DNA of 64,000 nt from a virus (lineage: Duplodnaviria; Caudoviricetes), in IMG/VR virus record IMGVR_UViG_2974668079_000001, positions 12,351-76,350 of that record. One strand, 5' to 3'. Each line of letters starts with the position of its first letter. Position 1 is the stretch's first letter. The position numbers and the translations under genes were made by a program. A model generated the notes under the pieces. It did no database searches. It saw only the letters and a program-made list of their open reading frames with translations, and was not told the origin of the DNA. Of the stretch, positions 1-10,761 are shown one piece after another.

Positions 1-573
1 CAGCCTAGAGATGATGAGTTCTTCTTCGAGCTAAACAACACTAAGGCGTATTCAATCCGTAACCCGTGGGATGCGAGCCAGCCGAAGGTCCCTACGGTGG
101 AAACCTGCGTTACCGCTTTCGGTGAGCTGTGCGCAGCTGCTGGCATTTTCCTAAACGAAACTGTGCAGGGTACGGAATTTGTGGGAGACGGTACTGGTAA
201 GTTCGATTTCCTAAAAATCCCAGTGCGCGGGGTGATCGTGGCTATCACGGTTATCGAAGCTCCATCCTCGCTTGGGGCTGTGCAAGTTATCGGTCAGACT
301 GCGGATCGTTGCTTTGCTCTGGTTACGGTCTACCGCGAAGACTCACAGATAAATAGTCAGGGCAATGAGTTCATCGCTCAGACTATGAATCTGAAGACTG
401 GCAAAGTACACACATGCCTGTTCCGTCTAGCTGTCGCTGAAGACCAAGACACGTTCCCAGTGTACGTTCCGAAGATGGTGTCAGTGAATGGCTACTACAA
501 CGCGCAGGAAGCCGTTGACAACCAAGCTGAAGACGTTAAGAATATGGTCCCAGTGGCTGACTTTACTGAGTAG
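1..573 (+). CDS. Hypothetical protein, 5'-truncated by the window edge
   Basis: Frame 1 is open from base 1 to TAG at 573 and is followed by a terminator; no motif recognised. Confidence 0.6.
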   Translation, partial: QPRDDEFFFELNNTKAYSIRNPWDASQPKVPTVETCVTAFGELCAAAGIFLNETVQGTEFVGDGTGKFDFLKIPVRGVIVAITVIEAPSSLGAVQVIGQTADRCFALVTVYREDSQINSQGNEFIAQTMNLKTGKVHTCLFRLAVAEDQDTFPVYVPKMVSVNGYYNAQEAVDNQAEDVKNMVPVADFTE

Positions 574-607
574 GTCACTAGGCGAACCGGACTTCCTTCG
601 GGAAACC

Positions 608-643
608 AAAGCCCTCACATCTAGCGGTGTGGGGGCTTTTTTT
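608..643 (+). terminator. Rho-independent terminator
   Basis: AAAGCCCTCACA...TGTGGGGGCTTT stem followed by a T-run. Confidence 0.8.
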
Positions 644-682
644 GTATCCTACGGCTGACAATTTACTTAACGAGGACTGCGT

Positions 683-1027
683 ATGGCAGACATAAAGGAG
701 GGCGTGCGTTCGAAACTAGACCTATATGAAGTGCAGCTAGGGCGCTGCTTTTACTGCTGTAAACCGATGTCTCCGGGCTCTTACCAACCGAGCGTCCGTG
801 CCAACGGCTTTACTAGGGACCACTTTATACCGAAGTGTGAGGGTGTTCCCGGATTTCACAATATTGTTTTAAGTTGTAAGTACTGCAACGAGAAGAAGGC
901 AGACAAGGAGCCTTCAAATAAGGCTCTGGCTAAATACGAGTTATTACTAAGAGTAAGGGCTGTGTTCCCTGACCATAATCACAAAGACTCGGTACGGCTT
1001 TCTCGTTGGAAGATTAAGTACTTTTAA
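683..1027 (+). CDS. HNH endonuclease
   Basis: CFYC, TRDHFIPK and NIVLSCKYCNEKK motifs; GAGG RBS; lies next to TerL. Confidence 0.85.
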   Translation: MADIKEGVRSKLDLYEVQLGRCFYCCKPMSPGSYQPSVRANGFTRDHFIPKCEGVPGFHNIVLSCKYCNEKKADKEPSNKALAKYELLLRVRAVFPDHNHKDSVRLSRWKIKYF

Positions 1028-1046
1028 GTTTAGTAAAGGAGACTAT

Positions 1047-2351
1047 ATGAGTTTCTGGCGTAAAGAAGAGCCAGTGATGGACGAGAACGGCAAACTGATC
1101 AAAGGCGGTATGTTTGCCCACCAACGCGAGTTTTGGGAATCAGAGAGTTTCATCACCGCGTTAGTAACCGGGTACGGTGGTGGGAAGACCTTTACCGCAG
1201 GCAAGATCAGTATCTCAATGGCACTGGAGAATCCCGGCATACCGTTTATGTGTGTGTCTCCGTCGTACAAGGTCGCTCGTAAGACGATGGTAATTACTAT
1301 CAAGGAACTGCTGCAAGGTAAGCAGTCTTTGCTAGAGGGCTTTAGTTGGAAGTACAACAAGGCGGATTGGGAGTTCTTGATCCGATACAAAGGTCGTGAG
1401 GGTATTATCTGGATCGGCTCAGGCGATGACCCGGACGCCCTTAAAGGTCCTAACTTGTGTGGGGCTCTGATTGACGAACCGTTCATCCAATCACGCGAGG
1501 TATTCGAGCAGATGCTTGCTCGTGTCCGTCACCCTAACGCCCGTACTAAACGGATCATGCTGACAGGCACCCCGGAGGACTTGAACTGGGGATACGACAT
1601 CACTGAGGGTGAGGAGAAGGAGAACTTCGACGTACACTTGGTGCAGGCATCTTCGAAAGAAAACAAAGCACTTGGTAAGGAGTACACGGAACGCCTTGAG
1701 CGTGGTCTTAGTGCTCAGGCTGCTGAGTCGTACGTTAGTGGTAAGTTCGTACCGCTGGCTAAGGGTCGTGTTTACTACGGCTTCACTCGTGAGCGTAACG
1801 TTATGGAGTTCCCGGAGATTCCTAAAGGAGCTAAGATTGGATTTGGTCTCGACTTTAACGTTAACCCGATGTCGGCGGCTATGTTCTGGTCTTTGAATGG
1901 ACACATCCACTTCTTTGACGAGATCTTACTACCGAACTCGGACACCTACGACATGTGTGAGACAATATTGGCTGAGTATGGACAGTACCGCCCTATCTGT
2001 TACCCGGATGCTACCGGGCGTAAGCGTCAGACTAACGCCGCTGGCGGTATGACCGACTTCCGTATAATTAGGGATGAGTACAAGATCAAGATTGACGTTG
2101 GTTCTACCAACCCGCCTAAGCGTGACCGATACAACATAGTAAATGGCAAGCTGAATCCTAAGAAGGGCTTGCCTACTATGACTATCTCACCGAAGTGCGT
2201 GAAGATGATCCGTTACTTAGAGTCGTACTCACACGAGAAAATGAAGCAACAAGAAGAGATGTCCCACATCTTGGATGCTATGGGCTACCCTGTAGCGAGG
2301 ATGTTCCCGCTACACATGCGTGCGGGCGTTACTAAACTTGCAGGTCACTAA
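1047..2351 (+). CDS. terL: Terminase large subunit
   Basis: Walker A GYGGGKT, Walker B LIDE, coupling motif TGTP, RNase H-like GLDFN, C-terminal HILDAMGY. Confidence 0.93.
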   Translation: MSFWRKEEPVMDENGKLIKGGMFAHQREFWESESFITALVTGYGGGKTFTAGKISISMALENPGIPFMCVSPSYKVARKTMVITIKELLQGKQSLLEGFSWKYNKADWEFLIRYKGREGIIWIGSGDDPDALKGPNLCGALIDEPFIQSREVFEQMLARVRHPNARTKRIMLTGTPEDLNWGYDITEGEEKENFDVHLVQASSKENKALGKEYTERLERGLSAQAAESYVSGKFVPLAKGRVYYGFTRERNVMEFPEIPKGAKIGFGLDFNVNPMSAAMFWSLNGHIHFFDEILLPNSDTYDMCETILAEYGQYRPICYPDATGRKRQTNAAGGMTDFRIIRDEYKIKIDVGSTNPPKRDRYNIVNGKLNPKKGLPTMTISPKCVKMIRYLESYSHEKMKQQEEMSHILDAMGYPVARMFPLHMRAGVTKLAGH

Positions 2352-2364
2352 GGAGATTTTACTA

Positions 2365-3933
2365 ATGGCTGAAGAAAACAAGAAGGCTGAGAAAGTTACA
2401 TTCACAGCTAAAGAGATTGAGCACAAGAATAAGATTTACACCCAGAAGATTAAACGCTGGGAGAAGAACCGCCTAGTGTGTGCTGGTACAGACGCTGTGA
2501 AGGAGGCTGGCGTTAAGCTGTTGCCTCAGTTGGAAGGTCAGTCAACCGACGAGTACGATGCTATGGTAGTTCGTGCTAACTTCTTCCCCGGAGCTCTACG
2601 TGCCCTGCACGGTACTAATGGCATGATCCACGCCAAGACTCCAACCATCACGTTCCCGGAAGGCAAGATGTCTTATTTAGATAACATCGGTCTATCGGGC
2701 TCATCTATCGCGGAAGTGGCAGAGGAAATTACCGAGGAGCAGATGCTCCAAGGCTGGGTGGGTATCTTTGCGTTCTACAACTCCGTTCCGGGTACAAGCG
2801 AGCTAAAGCCGTTCCTGTCAGTAATCCGCGCCGAGAACATCTGGGACTGGCGCTTCGGTGTGGTAAATGGCGTTAAGCAACTAACGTACGTCAAGTTCGT
2901 TGAATACGTCGAGTCCCCTGACTCCAACATGTTCCTATCCGTTGAGATTCCGCAAGTAACTCAGCTGTGGTTAGACAAGAATGGTAAGCTTAACTACCGC
3001 ATTGTGCAGAAGCAACCGGGCGAGCAGAAGGGTGAAGCTTCATGGGTCCAAAAACAGGGCGGTGCAGTTTTAGTAAGAGGTAAGGAAGTCGAGGGAGTTC
3101 CTTTCCGTTTGATCGGTGCTCGTAAGATGTCGGGTCGTCCAGAGGAAGCTCCTATTGAGCCTATCGTAGACGTCAACATCTCACACTACATCACCTCCGC
3201 CGACTTGGAGCAGGGTCGCCACTTTACCGCACTGCCAACACCGTACATCTGTTCCGCATCGTTAGACCCAGACAAGGACTTCCGCATCGGTGGTTACAAC
3301 TGCTGGATCATCCCGGAGAACGAAGCCAAGGTAGGTATGCTTGAGTACACCGGGCAAGGTCTGCTTTCACTGGAGAAAGCCGATACTGAGAAGAAATGGG
3401 AAATGGCAGTACTGGGTGCTCGTATGCTCCAGAACGACAAGAAAGCCAATGAGTCTAAAGACACGGTCCGACTACGCCAGACGGGTGAGAACAGTATCGT
3501 TACTAACGTTGCACGCCAGTGTTCCGTAGCACTAACCTACCTCCTTGGTAAATTCATTGCCCCGTGGACCCTCGTCTCTAGCGGTACGAAAGTAGGCTTC
3601 GTACTAACCACAGACTTCTTGACCATCGAGATCTCAACCGAGATGCTGAACTCAATGGCTGCGCTGGTGGCTACCGACAAGATGTCTATGGAAACATTCT
3701 TCTACAACTTGCAGCGTGGTGGTATCTACGAAGCTGGTACTACTCTTGAGAAAGAGATGCAGCGTATCGAGAAGCAGTTTGAAAAGCAGATGAAGCAACT
3801 TGGTCGTAAGAGTGACGTGGTGGACTTAGACGATGAAGAAGACGAGATCCCGGACGATGAGCAGGCTAAGAAGGACGAGAAGAAGACTGCGACTAATGAC
3901 CACGTAGACAATCAAGCTAAGAGTAAGGATTAG
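2365..3933 (+). CDS. Portal protein (DUF4055-like)
   Basis: Follows TerL, about 520 aa, with NISHY..SADLE.G.H.TALP motif; start taken at AGGAG-preceded ATG 2365. Confidence 0.85.
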   Translation: MAEENKKAEKVTFTAKEIEHKNKIYTQKIKRWEKNRLVCAGTDAVKEAGVKLLPQLEGQSTDEYDAMVVRANFFPGALRALHGTNGMIHAKTPTITFPEGKMSYLDNIGLSGSSIAEVAEEITEEQMLQGWVGIFAFYNSVPGTSELKPFLSVIRAENIWDWRFGVVNGVKQLTYVKFVEYVESPDSNMFLSVEIPQVTQLWLDKNGKLNYRIVQKQPGEQKGEASWVQKQGGAVLVRGKEVEGVPFRLIGARKMSGRPEEAPIEPIVDVNISHYITSADLEQGRHFTALPTPYICSASLDPDKDFRIGGYNCWIIPENEAKVGMLEYTGQGLLSLEKADTEKKWEMAVLGARMLQNDKKANESKDTVRLRQTGENSIVTNVARQCSVALTYLLGKFIAPWTLVSSGTKVGFVLTTDFLTIEISTEMLNSMAALVATDKMSMETFFYNLQRGGIYEAGTTLEKEMQRIEKQFEKQMKQLGRKSDVVDLDDEEDEIPDDEQAKKDEKKTATNDHVDNQAKSKD

Positions 3934-3936
3934 TAA

Positions 3937-5055
3937 ATGGCGAACTTTAGTGACAATCTGGCGGTAGTTTACGCAGACCACCAGATTGACCTATACCGCT
4001 ATGAAGCCAACCAGCGGCAAGACATTGCCGCTTTCCTACTGGCAATGGCGGACGAGATAAGAGAGGCGTTACTAAAAGCTGACTTCGGCTCACAGCCGTT
4101 TGTTACTAAACGTAAACTCAATGCGTTACTAAAAGAAATCGAAGCAATCATCAAGCAGTACTACAAAGACGCTCGTGACTACCAGCTAGGCGAGCTGAAG
4201 CAGTTAAGCGTAATCGAATACGCTTGGGCTATGTCTGCGATGAACAACACCATTGGTGCCAGCCTGTTCGAGACCTTCCTTACTAATCACTTCCTAGAGA
4301 GTGTCGTTAGTAATGTCCTGATTGAAGGTGCTCCGTCTAAAGAGTGGTGGGCTCGTCAGGCTACAGACACAATGGAGAAATTTGTAGACCAGATACGTAT
4401 GGGTGTAGCACTCGGTGAGACTAACGATCAGTTAATCGAACGGGTGAACGGCAAGTTCCTCCATAAGTTCGGCAAGCGTAAGATGTCTGATGGTAAGGTT
4501 AAACGCTACGGCTTGTACGAGGGTGGAATACTCAAGACATCGCGCTCTAACGCTGAGACTTTAGTAAGAAGTTCCGTGCAGGCTATTGCGAATGATGCTA
4601 AGATGCGAATGTACGCAGCTAACGACGACCTACTGCATGGTTATCAACAGCTATCGGTACTGGACTTAAAAACATCTGACATCTGTATCGCCAGAAGTGG
4701 TCTTGCGTGGACGGTAGAGGGTAAGCCGATTGGGAATCACAAGAAGCGTTTCCGAATCCCCCCTCTACACTGGAATTGCCGATCACTGCTGTTACCGATT
4801 CTGAAATCGTGGCAAGATATGCCGGGTAAAGTGCGTACTAGCCTTCCGGGAAGTATGCAGGCAAGTATGGATGGTCTAGTTAGTGCTGACCAAACGTACG
4901 AAGATATGCTCAAGCGTCGTACAGATGCTGAGATCAAGAAGAAGCTTGGACCGGGTAGATTCGAGTTGTGGAAACAGGGTAAACTAACACTACGCGATCT
5001 CACCGACCAAGATGATCGACCATTAACATTGAAAGAGTATCGAGAAAGTGCTTAA
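3937..5055 (+). CDS. Minor head morphogenesis protein (Mu F / SPP1 gp7-like)
   Basis: LDLKTSDIC and PPLHWNCRS motifs; position after portal. Confidence 0.85.
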   Translation: MANFSDNLAVVYADHQIDLYRYEANQRQDIAAFLLAMADEIREALLKADFGSQPFVTKRKLNALLKEIEAIIKQYYKDARDYQLGELKQLSVIEYAWAMSAMNNTIGASLFETFLTNHFLESVVSNVLIEGAPSKEWWARQATDTMEKFVDQIRMGVALGETNDQLIERVNGKFLHKFGKRKMSDGKVKRYGLYEGGILKTSRSNAETLVRSSVQAIANDAKMRMYAANDDLLHGYQQLSVLDLKTSDICIARSGLAWTVEGKPIGNHKKRFRIPPLHWNCRSLLLPILKSWQDMPGKVRTSLPGSMQASMDGLVSADQTYEDMLKRRTDAEIKKKLGPGRFELWKQGKLTLRDLTDQDDRPLTLKEYRESA

Positions 5056-5100
5056 AATACACCTCGATTTTACTAACAGTAACAGAAAGGAAATACAACC

Positions 5101-5892
5101 ATGCTTAAATTCCGTGTGCAGAAACTAGACGACGTACAAGAAGAGTTCCGCCACCTATACATCCAACAAGCTGACGGCTCTTTCCTACTCGGTGTAGAAG
5201 GTGCTGTGGACAAAGCTAAGGTAGACGAGTTCCGTAACTCAAATACCAACCTGCAATCTGCTAAAGAGCAGTTGGAGCAGCAACTGCAACAAATGGCTAG
5301 TAAGTTCGACGGTCTAGATCCAGAGCAAGCTAAAGAAGCGATGGAGATGATGAACAAGATCCGCGACCAGAAGCTAATCGAAGAAGGTAAGATCGAAGAA
5401 CTTATCGAAGCGCGTACTAAAGACATGCTTACTAACCACCAAACTCGTGAGCAAGAGCTTACGAAATCCATTAAGGACTGGGAAGGTAAGTTTAGCGGTC
5501 TTCAGTCAAACTACCGTAAGCTAAAGATCGGCTCGGACATCCTTGGTCAGCTAGACAAGATTGGTAAGGTTCACAGCTCATCCCGTGACATCATTACCGA
5601 CCTAGCTGCTCAGGTTTGGCAATTGAACGAGAAGGACGAGCTTGTGGCAATGAAAGGCGACCAGCCTGCATACAGCCCAGCCGACGCTACTAAACCACTA
5701 TCAGCTGAAGAGTGGTGTATGCAGCTAGCGAATGACCGTCCGTACCTGTTTGAGTCAACTACCTCGATCAGTTCTGGTCAAGGCGGTCAGGGTGGTCAAG
5801 GCGTTAAGGGTGTTATCAGCGGCGACGATATGGACGCATTCGAGAACAACCTTGAAGCAATTGCATCCGGTGAAGTTCAAGTAAACGTTTAA
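5101..5892 (+). CDS. Capsid scaffolding protein
   Basis: Coiled-coil, charged protein directly upstream of the major capsid gene; PYLFES..GQG motif. Confidence 0.7.
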   Translation: MLKFRVQKLDDVQEEFRHLYIQQADGSFLLGVEGAVDKAKVDEFRNSNTNLQSAKEQLEQQLQQMASKFDGLDPEQAKEAMEMMNKIRDQKLIEEGKIEELIEARTKDMLTNHQTREQELTKSIKDWEGKFSGLQSNYRKLKIGSDILGQLDKIGKVHSSSRDIITDLAAQVWQLNEKDELVAMKGDQPAYSPADATKPLSAEEWCMQLANDRPYLFESTTSISSGQGGQGGQGVKGVISGDDMDAFENNLEAIASGEVQVNV

Positions 5893-5918
5893 CTCTGAAT
5901 TTTAATTTTAGTAAACAT

Positions 5919-5942
5919 AAAGCCACCTTCGGGTGGCTTTTT
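5919..5942 (+). terminator. Rho-independent terminator
   Basis: AAAGCCACC-TTCG-GGTGGCTTT followed by T. Confidence 0.85.
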
Positions 5943-5962
5943 AGTTTTTATTAATAAGGGGG

Positions 5963-5993
5963 TTGACGAACTTAGTTGTTTGGGTTTTATAAT
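5963..5993 (+). promoter_or_regulatory. Sigma70-type promoter for the capsid gene
   Basis: TTGACG-N19-TATAAT; the spacer is longer than optimal. Confidence 0.5.
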
Positions 5994-6098
5994 GTAACCA
6001 ACAAAAGCAAACTTGTTTAGCGGCGGGGTCGCTTCTCAAGGGTTTCGGGGAAACCATGCGAAAGAACTTATCAAACGACAACACGAGGACTTAGCACT

Positions 6099-7226
6099 AT
6101 GGCTAATACTTTAGAAGCTGTCGCCCCGAAGCTGTTAGCTCAGGGCTTAATGGCACTTCGTGGCACGAACGTAATGCCGACTTTAGTAAACCGCGATTAT
6201 GATCGTGATCTTGCAGCCAAGGGTCTGACAGTGGATATTCCAATCCCTTCAGCGGTTCCTACTCAGGACGTTGCACCGGGCGCAACACCTCCTAACACTG
6301 GCGACGTAGCGCCAACAGTAGCGAAAGTTACACTAGACAAGTGGAAAGAAGCACCTTTCTACCTAACGGATAAAGACGTTAAGCAATCAATGAACGGTAT
6401 CATCCCGCTTCAAGCGTCTGAAGCTGTTAAGTCTCTTGTAAACGACGTTAACGCGGACATCCTAGGCAAATACACTTCTGTATACGGCATGGTAGGTACT
6501 CCGGGCGTAACTCCATTCGGTTCAAACACCAAAGAAGCAACTGACGCTCGTACTAAGCTGAACATCCAGCTTGCACCGGGTCAAGATCGTCGTTTCGTTA
6601 TGGACCCATCTGCGGAAGGTAATGCACTTAACCTACGCGCATTCAACGACACTAACTTCGCTGTGACTGCTCAGCAAGTACGTGACGGTAAAATGGCTCG
6701 TAAACTAGGCTTCGATTGGGCGATGGATCAACAAGTACCTGTTCACGCTGCTGGTCTTTCGGCTGCGGCTGTTAACGGTGCTGGTCAAACAGGCAACCAA
6801 TTAGCCTTCGACGGTGGTGTAGACGCTGCTGACGGTGGTACTGGTGTTAAAGCTGGTGACATCTTCACTATTGCGGGTGACGCTCAGACTTACGCAGTTG
6901 TAGCAACTACTGGCGCTAAAGCTGGCACTATGACCGTGACTCCGGCGATCAAGAAAGCTCCAGCGGACGACGCTGTGATCACGTTCAAAGCTACTCACAC
7001 TGTTAACTTGGCATTCCACCGTGACGCGTTTGCATTCGCATCTCGTCCTCTGGCTGACCAAACTAACGGCTTGGGCAACATCATCCGTACTGCAACTGAC
7101 CCGGTAACTGGTCTAGCACTACGTCTTGAAATCAGCCGTGAGCACAAACGTACTCGTTTCTCGTACGACCTACTATGGGGTTCATCTCTAGTACGTCCAG
7201 AACTGGCAGTGCGTGTAGCGGGCTAA
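6099..7226 (+). CDS. Major capsid protein (P22 coat-like with insertion domain)
   Basis: NRDYD..G.TV.IP.P, LAFHRDAFAFASRPL and RYDLLWG-type end motifs; strongly biased codons. Confidence 0.88.
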   Translation: MANTLEAVAPKLLAQGLMALRGTNVMPTLVNRDYDRDLAAKGLTVDIPIPSAVPTQDVAPGATPPNTGDVAPTVAKVTLDKWKEAPFYLTDKDVKQSMNGIIPLQASEAVKSLVNDVNADILGKYTSVYGMVGTPGVTPFGSNTKEATDARTKLNIQLAPGQDRRFVMDPSAEGNALNLRAFNDTNFAVTAQQVRDGKMARKLGFDWAMDQQVPVHAAGLSAAAVNGAGQTGNQLAFDGGVDAADGGTGVKAGDIFTIAGDAQTYAVVATTGAKAGTMTVTPAIKKAPADDAVITFKATHTVNLAFHRDAFAFASRPLADQTNGLGNIIRTATDPVTGLALRLEISREHKRTRFSYDLLWGSSLVRPELAVRVAG

Positions 7227-7241
7227 TCCCGTATAGGTCAT

Positions 7242-7274
7242 GGGAGGTAGGGTTATCCCGCCTCCCTATTTTTT
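7242..7274 (+). terminator. Rho-independent terminator
   Basis: GGGAGG...CCTCCC stem followed by a T-run after the capsid gene. Confidence 0.7.
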
Positions 7275-7301
7275 AAGTTTAGTAAACTGAGAGTACGAAT
7301 T

Positions 7302-7772
7302 ATGAGTCAAATTGACCCGCAAGAGATGCTTAAGCAAATCTTAGCTGCATCTGATAACCCAGCAGAACTACTACGTGGTGCGATCCAAGAAGCTACAAGC
7401 GGTGAGAACGGCGGCAACGCTCTTCAACAGCTTGAATTACTTCTAGCATCTGACCCTAACCTAAAACACCACCTACGCTCTGGTATGCCTGCATCCGTGC
7501 AAGAACACCTACGTTACGTACCTACAATGATTGTTACGTTTACTACTGGTGCTTTCGGCGGCAAACCAATGGTGATCAACAAGTCGGACTTCGACGCTGA
7601 CCTTCACGAAGAAGTTGACGTTGCTAAAGCTGTTAAAGCGGCTGCTGCTTCTGCTGCTAAGCAAGAAGAGCCTACCGTCGATGAAGGCGCTGGCGAAGAC
7701 GCTACAGGCGAAACGGAAGATCAGACCGAAGACGCTCCTAAGCAGGGTCGTAGCCGTAACCGCCGTAGCTAA
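7302..7772 (+). CDS. Hypothetical head-region protein
   Basis: 156-aa ORF with biased codons, acidic C-terminal half and GRSRNRRS tail. Confidence 0.7.
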   Translation: MSQIDPQEMLKQILAASDNPAELLRGAIQEATSGENGGNALQQLELLLASDPNLKHHLRSGMPASVQEHLRYVPTMIVTFTTGAFGGKPMVINKSDFDADLHEEVDVAKAVKAAAASAAKQEEPTVDEGAGEDATGETEDQTEDAPKQGRSRNRRS

Positions 7773-7856
7773 TTAGTAATACCTATTACTAACGTTACTG
7801 TTGATTGGAAGGAGGAGGCTTAGGCTTCCTCTTTTTTGTTTCTGGAGATTACTAAA

Positions 7857-8399
7857 ATGGCAATCACATTAACCGTACAGACTGGAATCTACCCGGTACG
7901 CAATGCCAACGCGTTCGCGTCTGTAGAGCAGGCTGACAATTACCATGCGCAGCGTGGTAATACAGAGTGGGCAGGCTTCGACGCCGACAAGAAGAAAGCT
8001 GCACTGATCAAGGGTGCAGACTTCATCGCTCAAGAGTTCAATTTCCGTGGTCGTCCGATGTACAGCGAAGAAGACCCAACTAACCCACAGTTCCTACCGT
8101 TCCCCCGCCATGACTTCGTAGACAAGGCTGGTCGTTCTATTACTGGCACGCCGGAAGGCGTTGTTCGTGCTAACATGGAGCTGGCATTGTTTGCCGGACG
8201 TGGGGACCTTTACCCTAACCAGACCACATTACTAAAACCGGGTGGTGCTGTGACTAAGGTTAGTAAGAAGACGGGTCCATTGACTACTACGTACGAGTAC
8301 GCAAACCCTGTAGCCGTTCTGCACTCAACACCACACTACAAGAAGGTGAGCAGCTGGCTTAAGGACTACGTATACACTACCGGGCGTATTCACCGATAG
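7857..8399 (+). CDS. Head-tail adaptor (DnaT-like phage family)
   Basis: NAFASVEQADNYHAQRG..W..KKAALIKGADFI pattern; position in the neck module. Confidence 0.7.
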   Translation: MAITLTVQTGIYPVRNANAFASVEQADNYHAQRGNTEWAGFDADKKKAALIKGADFIAQEFNFRGRPMYSEEDPTNPQFLPFPRHDFVDKAGRSITGTPEGVVRANMELALFAGRGDLYPNQTTLLKPGGAVTKVSKKTGPLTTTYEYANPVAVLHSTPHYKKVSSWLKDYVYTTGRIHR

Positions 8400-8411
8400 G
8401 GGATTACTAAA

Positions 8412-8807
8412 ATGGCTAACGCATACCAAGAGCAGATCGACGACGCTCTGGAAAGTATCAAGGAAGCAGGCAAGCAGTTCGACTTCGCGCTTACTACAGT
8501 GGGCAACAACCCGGATAAGCCGTGGCTAGGTGGTACAACCACAACAACCGATGTCAAGCTGTGGGCTTGTGTCTTTCCGGTTAGCAGTGCTCCTTCTGCA
8601 CTACGTGAGCCGATGCTCAAACAGGGCACCATGATCGAAACTCAAATGCGCTACGTGCTAGCAGCTGGTGAAGGCAGAACTACACACCCAAACACAGGTG
8701 ACGTGCTAAAGTCATTTGAGGGGAACGACTGGGCAATCATGGCATGTGCGCCTCTTACCGTTAACGGGGAGGCTGCGATCATTTACGAGATGGTAGTTAA
8801 ACGATGA
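8412..8807 (+). CDS. Head closure / stopper protein
   Basis: Size, synteny and IIYEMVVKR-type ending. Confidence 0.55.
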   Translation: MANAYQEQIDDALESIKEAGKQFDFALTTVGNNPDKPWLGGTTTTTDVKLWACVFPVSSAPSALREPMLKQGTMIETQMRYVLAAGEGRTTHPNTGDVLKSFEGNDWAIMACAPLTVNGEAAIIYEMVVKR

Positions 8808-9217
8808 ACGACATAGAAGCACGAGAACGCATTAACCAAGAACTTACTAACGGCTGGGCGACCCATTCTGCCACGGTTGATATTGCCTACGAGGGCGATG
8901 GTTACAAACCACAACCGGGCAAGGCTTATATCGAAGTTATTTTCAGTGTAGAATCCACTTCAAGCCAGTCGCTGGGTGATGAGGGTAATCGCTCCTTTAT
9001 CCGCGATGGTGTTGTACACGTCAACGTGTACACTCCGGCTAACAACGGCAACGCCTTCGCAGCTCACATCTACGCTATGGCTGTACGTGATATTTTCGAA
9101 GGTAAGCATTTCGGGGACCTTTGGTTCTGGGAGTGTAAAGCAAGTCCTGCCGGGAACGATGGGACATACAACGTAGCGTACGCAAATTGTGCGTTCCGCT
9201 TTCAGCAAATCAAGTAG
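8804..9217 (+). CDS. Tail terminator protein
   Basis: GVVHVNVYTPANNG motif; directly before the tail tube gene. Confidence 0.6.
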   Translation: MNDIEARERINQELTNGWATHSATVDIAYEGDGYKPQPGKAYIEVIFSVESTSSQSLGDEGNRSFIRDGVVHVNVYTPANNGNAFAAHIYAMAVRDIFEGKHFGDLWFWECKASPAGNDGTYNVAYANCAFRFQQIK

Positions 9218-9228
9218 GAGAATTACTA

Positions 9229-10671
9229 ATGAGTGATACTAACCGCGTACGTCTTGCCATTGTGGAAGAGACTACACCGGGGACTGTCCCTAACAACCCT
9301 AAGTTGGTACGCCAGCGCGTTACTAACATGCCGTCTCTAGCGGTAACGCCGGAGACTATCGAATCGGAAGAACTGGACCCGTCCATGCAGACAACAGACC
9401 TCATCAAAGTAGGTCAGGCTGTTGGTGGTGAGTTCGGTATGGAGTTCAGCTACGACGCTCAGAAGCAATCAATGATCGGCATCATGCGTAACAGCTGGAA
9501 CTCGTTCACGCAGTACAAGGGTGATGAAGTTGGCGCTATCTCAGCTGGCAAAGTTGCTGTTACTAACGTAGGCGCTGCGCTACCTGTTGGTGCGCTGGTT
9601 CTGTTCAAGAACTTCAACAACTCTGCTAACAACGGTGTTAAGCCTGTTACGGCTGCGACCACCACAGATATTACAGCTACGGGCTTAGTAGCCGACGCGT
9701 CTAAGACGGGTAAGGAAGCCATTCACGTAGTTGGTCTGCAAGGTGGCTCTGGTCATCTGACTGTCACCGCAAACACGCTTGAAGCTACGTCAGGGTCGAA
9801 CATCGACTTTACTAACTTTAAGCTACGTCCGGGCTCCTTGATCAAGCTGGGTGGTAAGGACGCGGCTAACCGCTTCGCTACGGCTAACGTGAACGCTATG
9901 GTGCGCGTTACTAAAATTGAAGCCAAGAAGCTTACGCTAGCTGACCTACCTACTGGATGGGCTGCTGACAACGGTGCTGGTAAGACTATTCAAGTCTGGT
10001 TGCCAGAGGACGACATTGTGAACGGAGTGGCTACCAAGTCATTCACGTTCCTGCAATCATTCTTGGACCACAACCCGGTAACACACCAGATCTTCAATGG
10101 TATGCGTATCGGTACTATGAACATGGAGATGCGTTCTAAGCAGATCGTTACGTTCAGCATCAACGCTCAGGGTACTAAGGGTGCTATCGACGAGACGGGT
10201 GTGGCGGGTGCTACTATCCTGCCAGCGTCTACAGACGTGGTAATCAACACCTCGTCTAACGTTGCGGAGCTACGCGAAGCTGGTCGTAAGATTGAAGGTC
10301 CGAACTACGTGACAGGCGTTACACTGGCGCTGAACAACAACCCACGTAACGACGACGCAATCGGCTACGAGTCTCCGGTTAACATCGGTGGTGGTACGTT
10401 CCAGCTGACAGGCACGCTAAACACGTACTTTGGCAACAAGTCGCTAGTTGAGAAGGTGATCAACAACTCGACAACGTCACTGCTCCTAAACTTCAAAGAC
10501 GGTGAAGGTCAGCACGTGGTGTTCGATATGCCACGCGTTAAGTACTCTAGCGGCTCTCCGGCGGTATCAGGCAAGAACGCGGCTAATACCGCAGACCTTG
10601 GCTACACGGCTCTGAAACACCTAGACTACGGCTACACGCTAGGCATTCAGAAGTTCCGTTACATGGAGTAA
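9229..10671 (+). CDS. Major tail tube protein
   Basis: VTPETIESEEL, GGEFGMEFS and LTGTLNTYF motifs; synteny. Confidence 0.8.
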   Translation: MSDTNRVRLAIVEETTPGTVPNNPKLVRQRVTNMPSLAVTPETIESEELDPSMQTTDLIKVGQAVGGEFGMEFSYDAQKQSMIGIMRNSWNSFTQYKGDEVGAISAGKVAVTNVGAALPVGALVLFKNFNNSANNGVKPVTAATTTDITATGLVADASKTGKEAIHVVGLQGGSGHLTVTANTLEATSGSNIDFTNFKLRPGSLIKLGGKDAANRFATANVNAMVRVTKIEAKKLTLADLPTGWAADNGAGKTIQVWLPEDDIVNGVATKSFTFLQSFLDHNPVTHQIFNGMRIGTMNMEMRSKQIVTFSINAQGTKGAIDETGVAGATILPASTDVVINTSSNVAELREAGRKIEGPNYVTGVTLALNNNPRNDDAIGYESPVNIGGGTFQLTGTLNTYFGNKSLVEKVINNSTTSLLLNFKDGEGQHVVFDMPRVKYSSGSPAVSGKNAANTADLGYTALKHLDYGYTLGIQKFRYME

Positions 10672-10761
10672 ATCGAAGCACTTGCGTCGAGGCACAACCT
10701 AGAATAAGATCAAAGCGTCCAATACGGGCGCTTTTTTAATATTAGTAAACAAGGAAATCCC

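Noticed and set aside
6001-6098. c-di-GMP-I riboswitch in the capsid leader (GGAAACCATGCGAAAG resemblance)
   Set aside because: The downstream GGGACGCAAAG core and P2 pairing are absent; only short local hairpins are present
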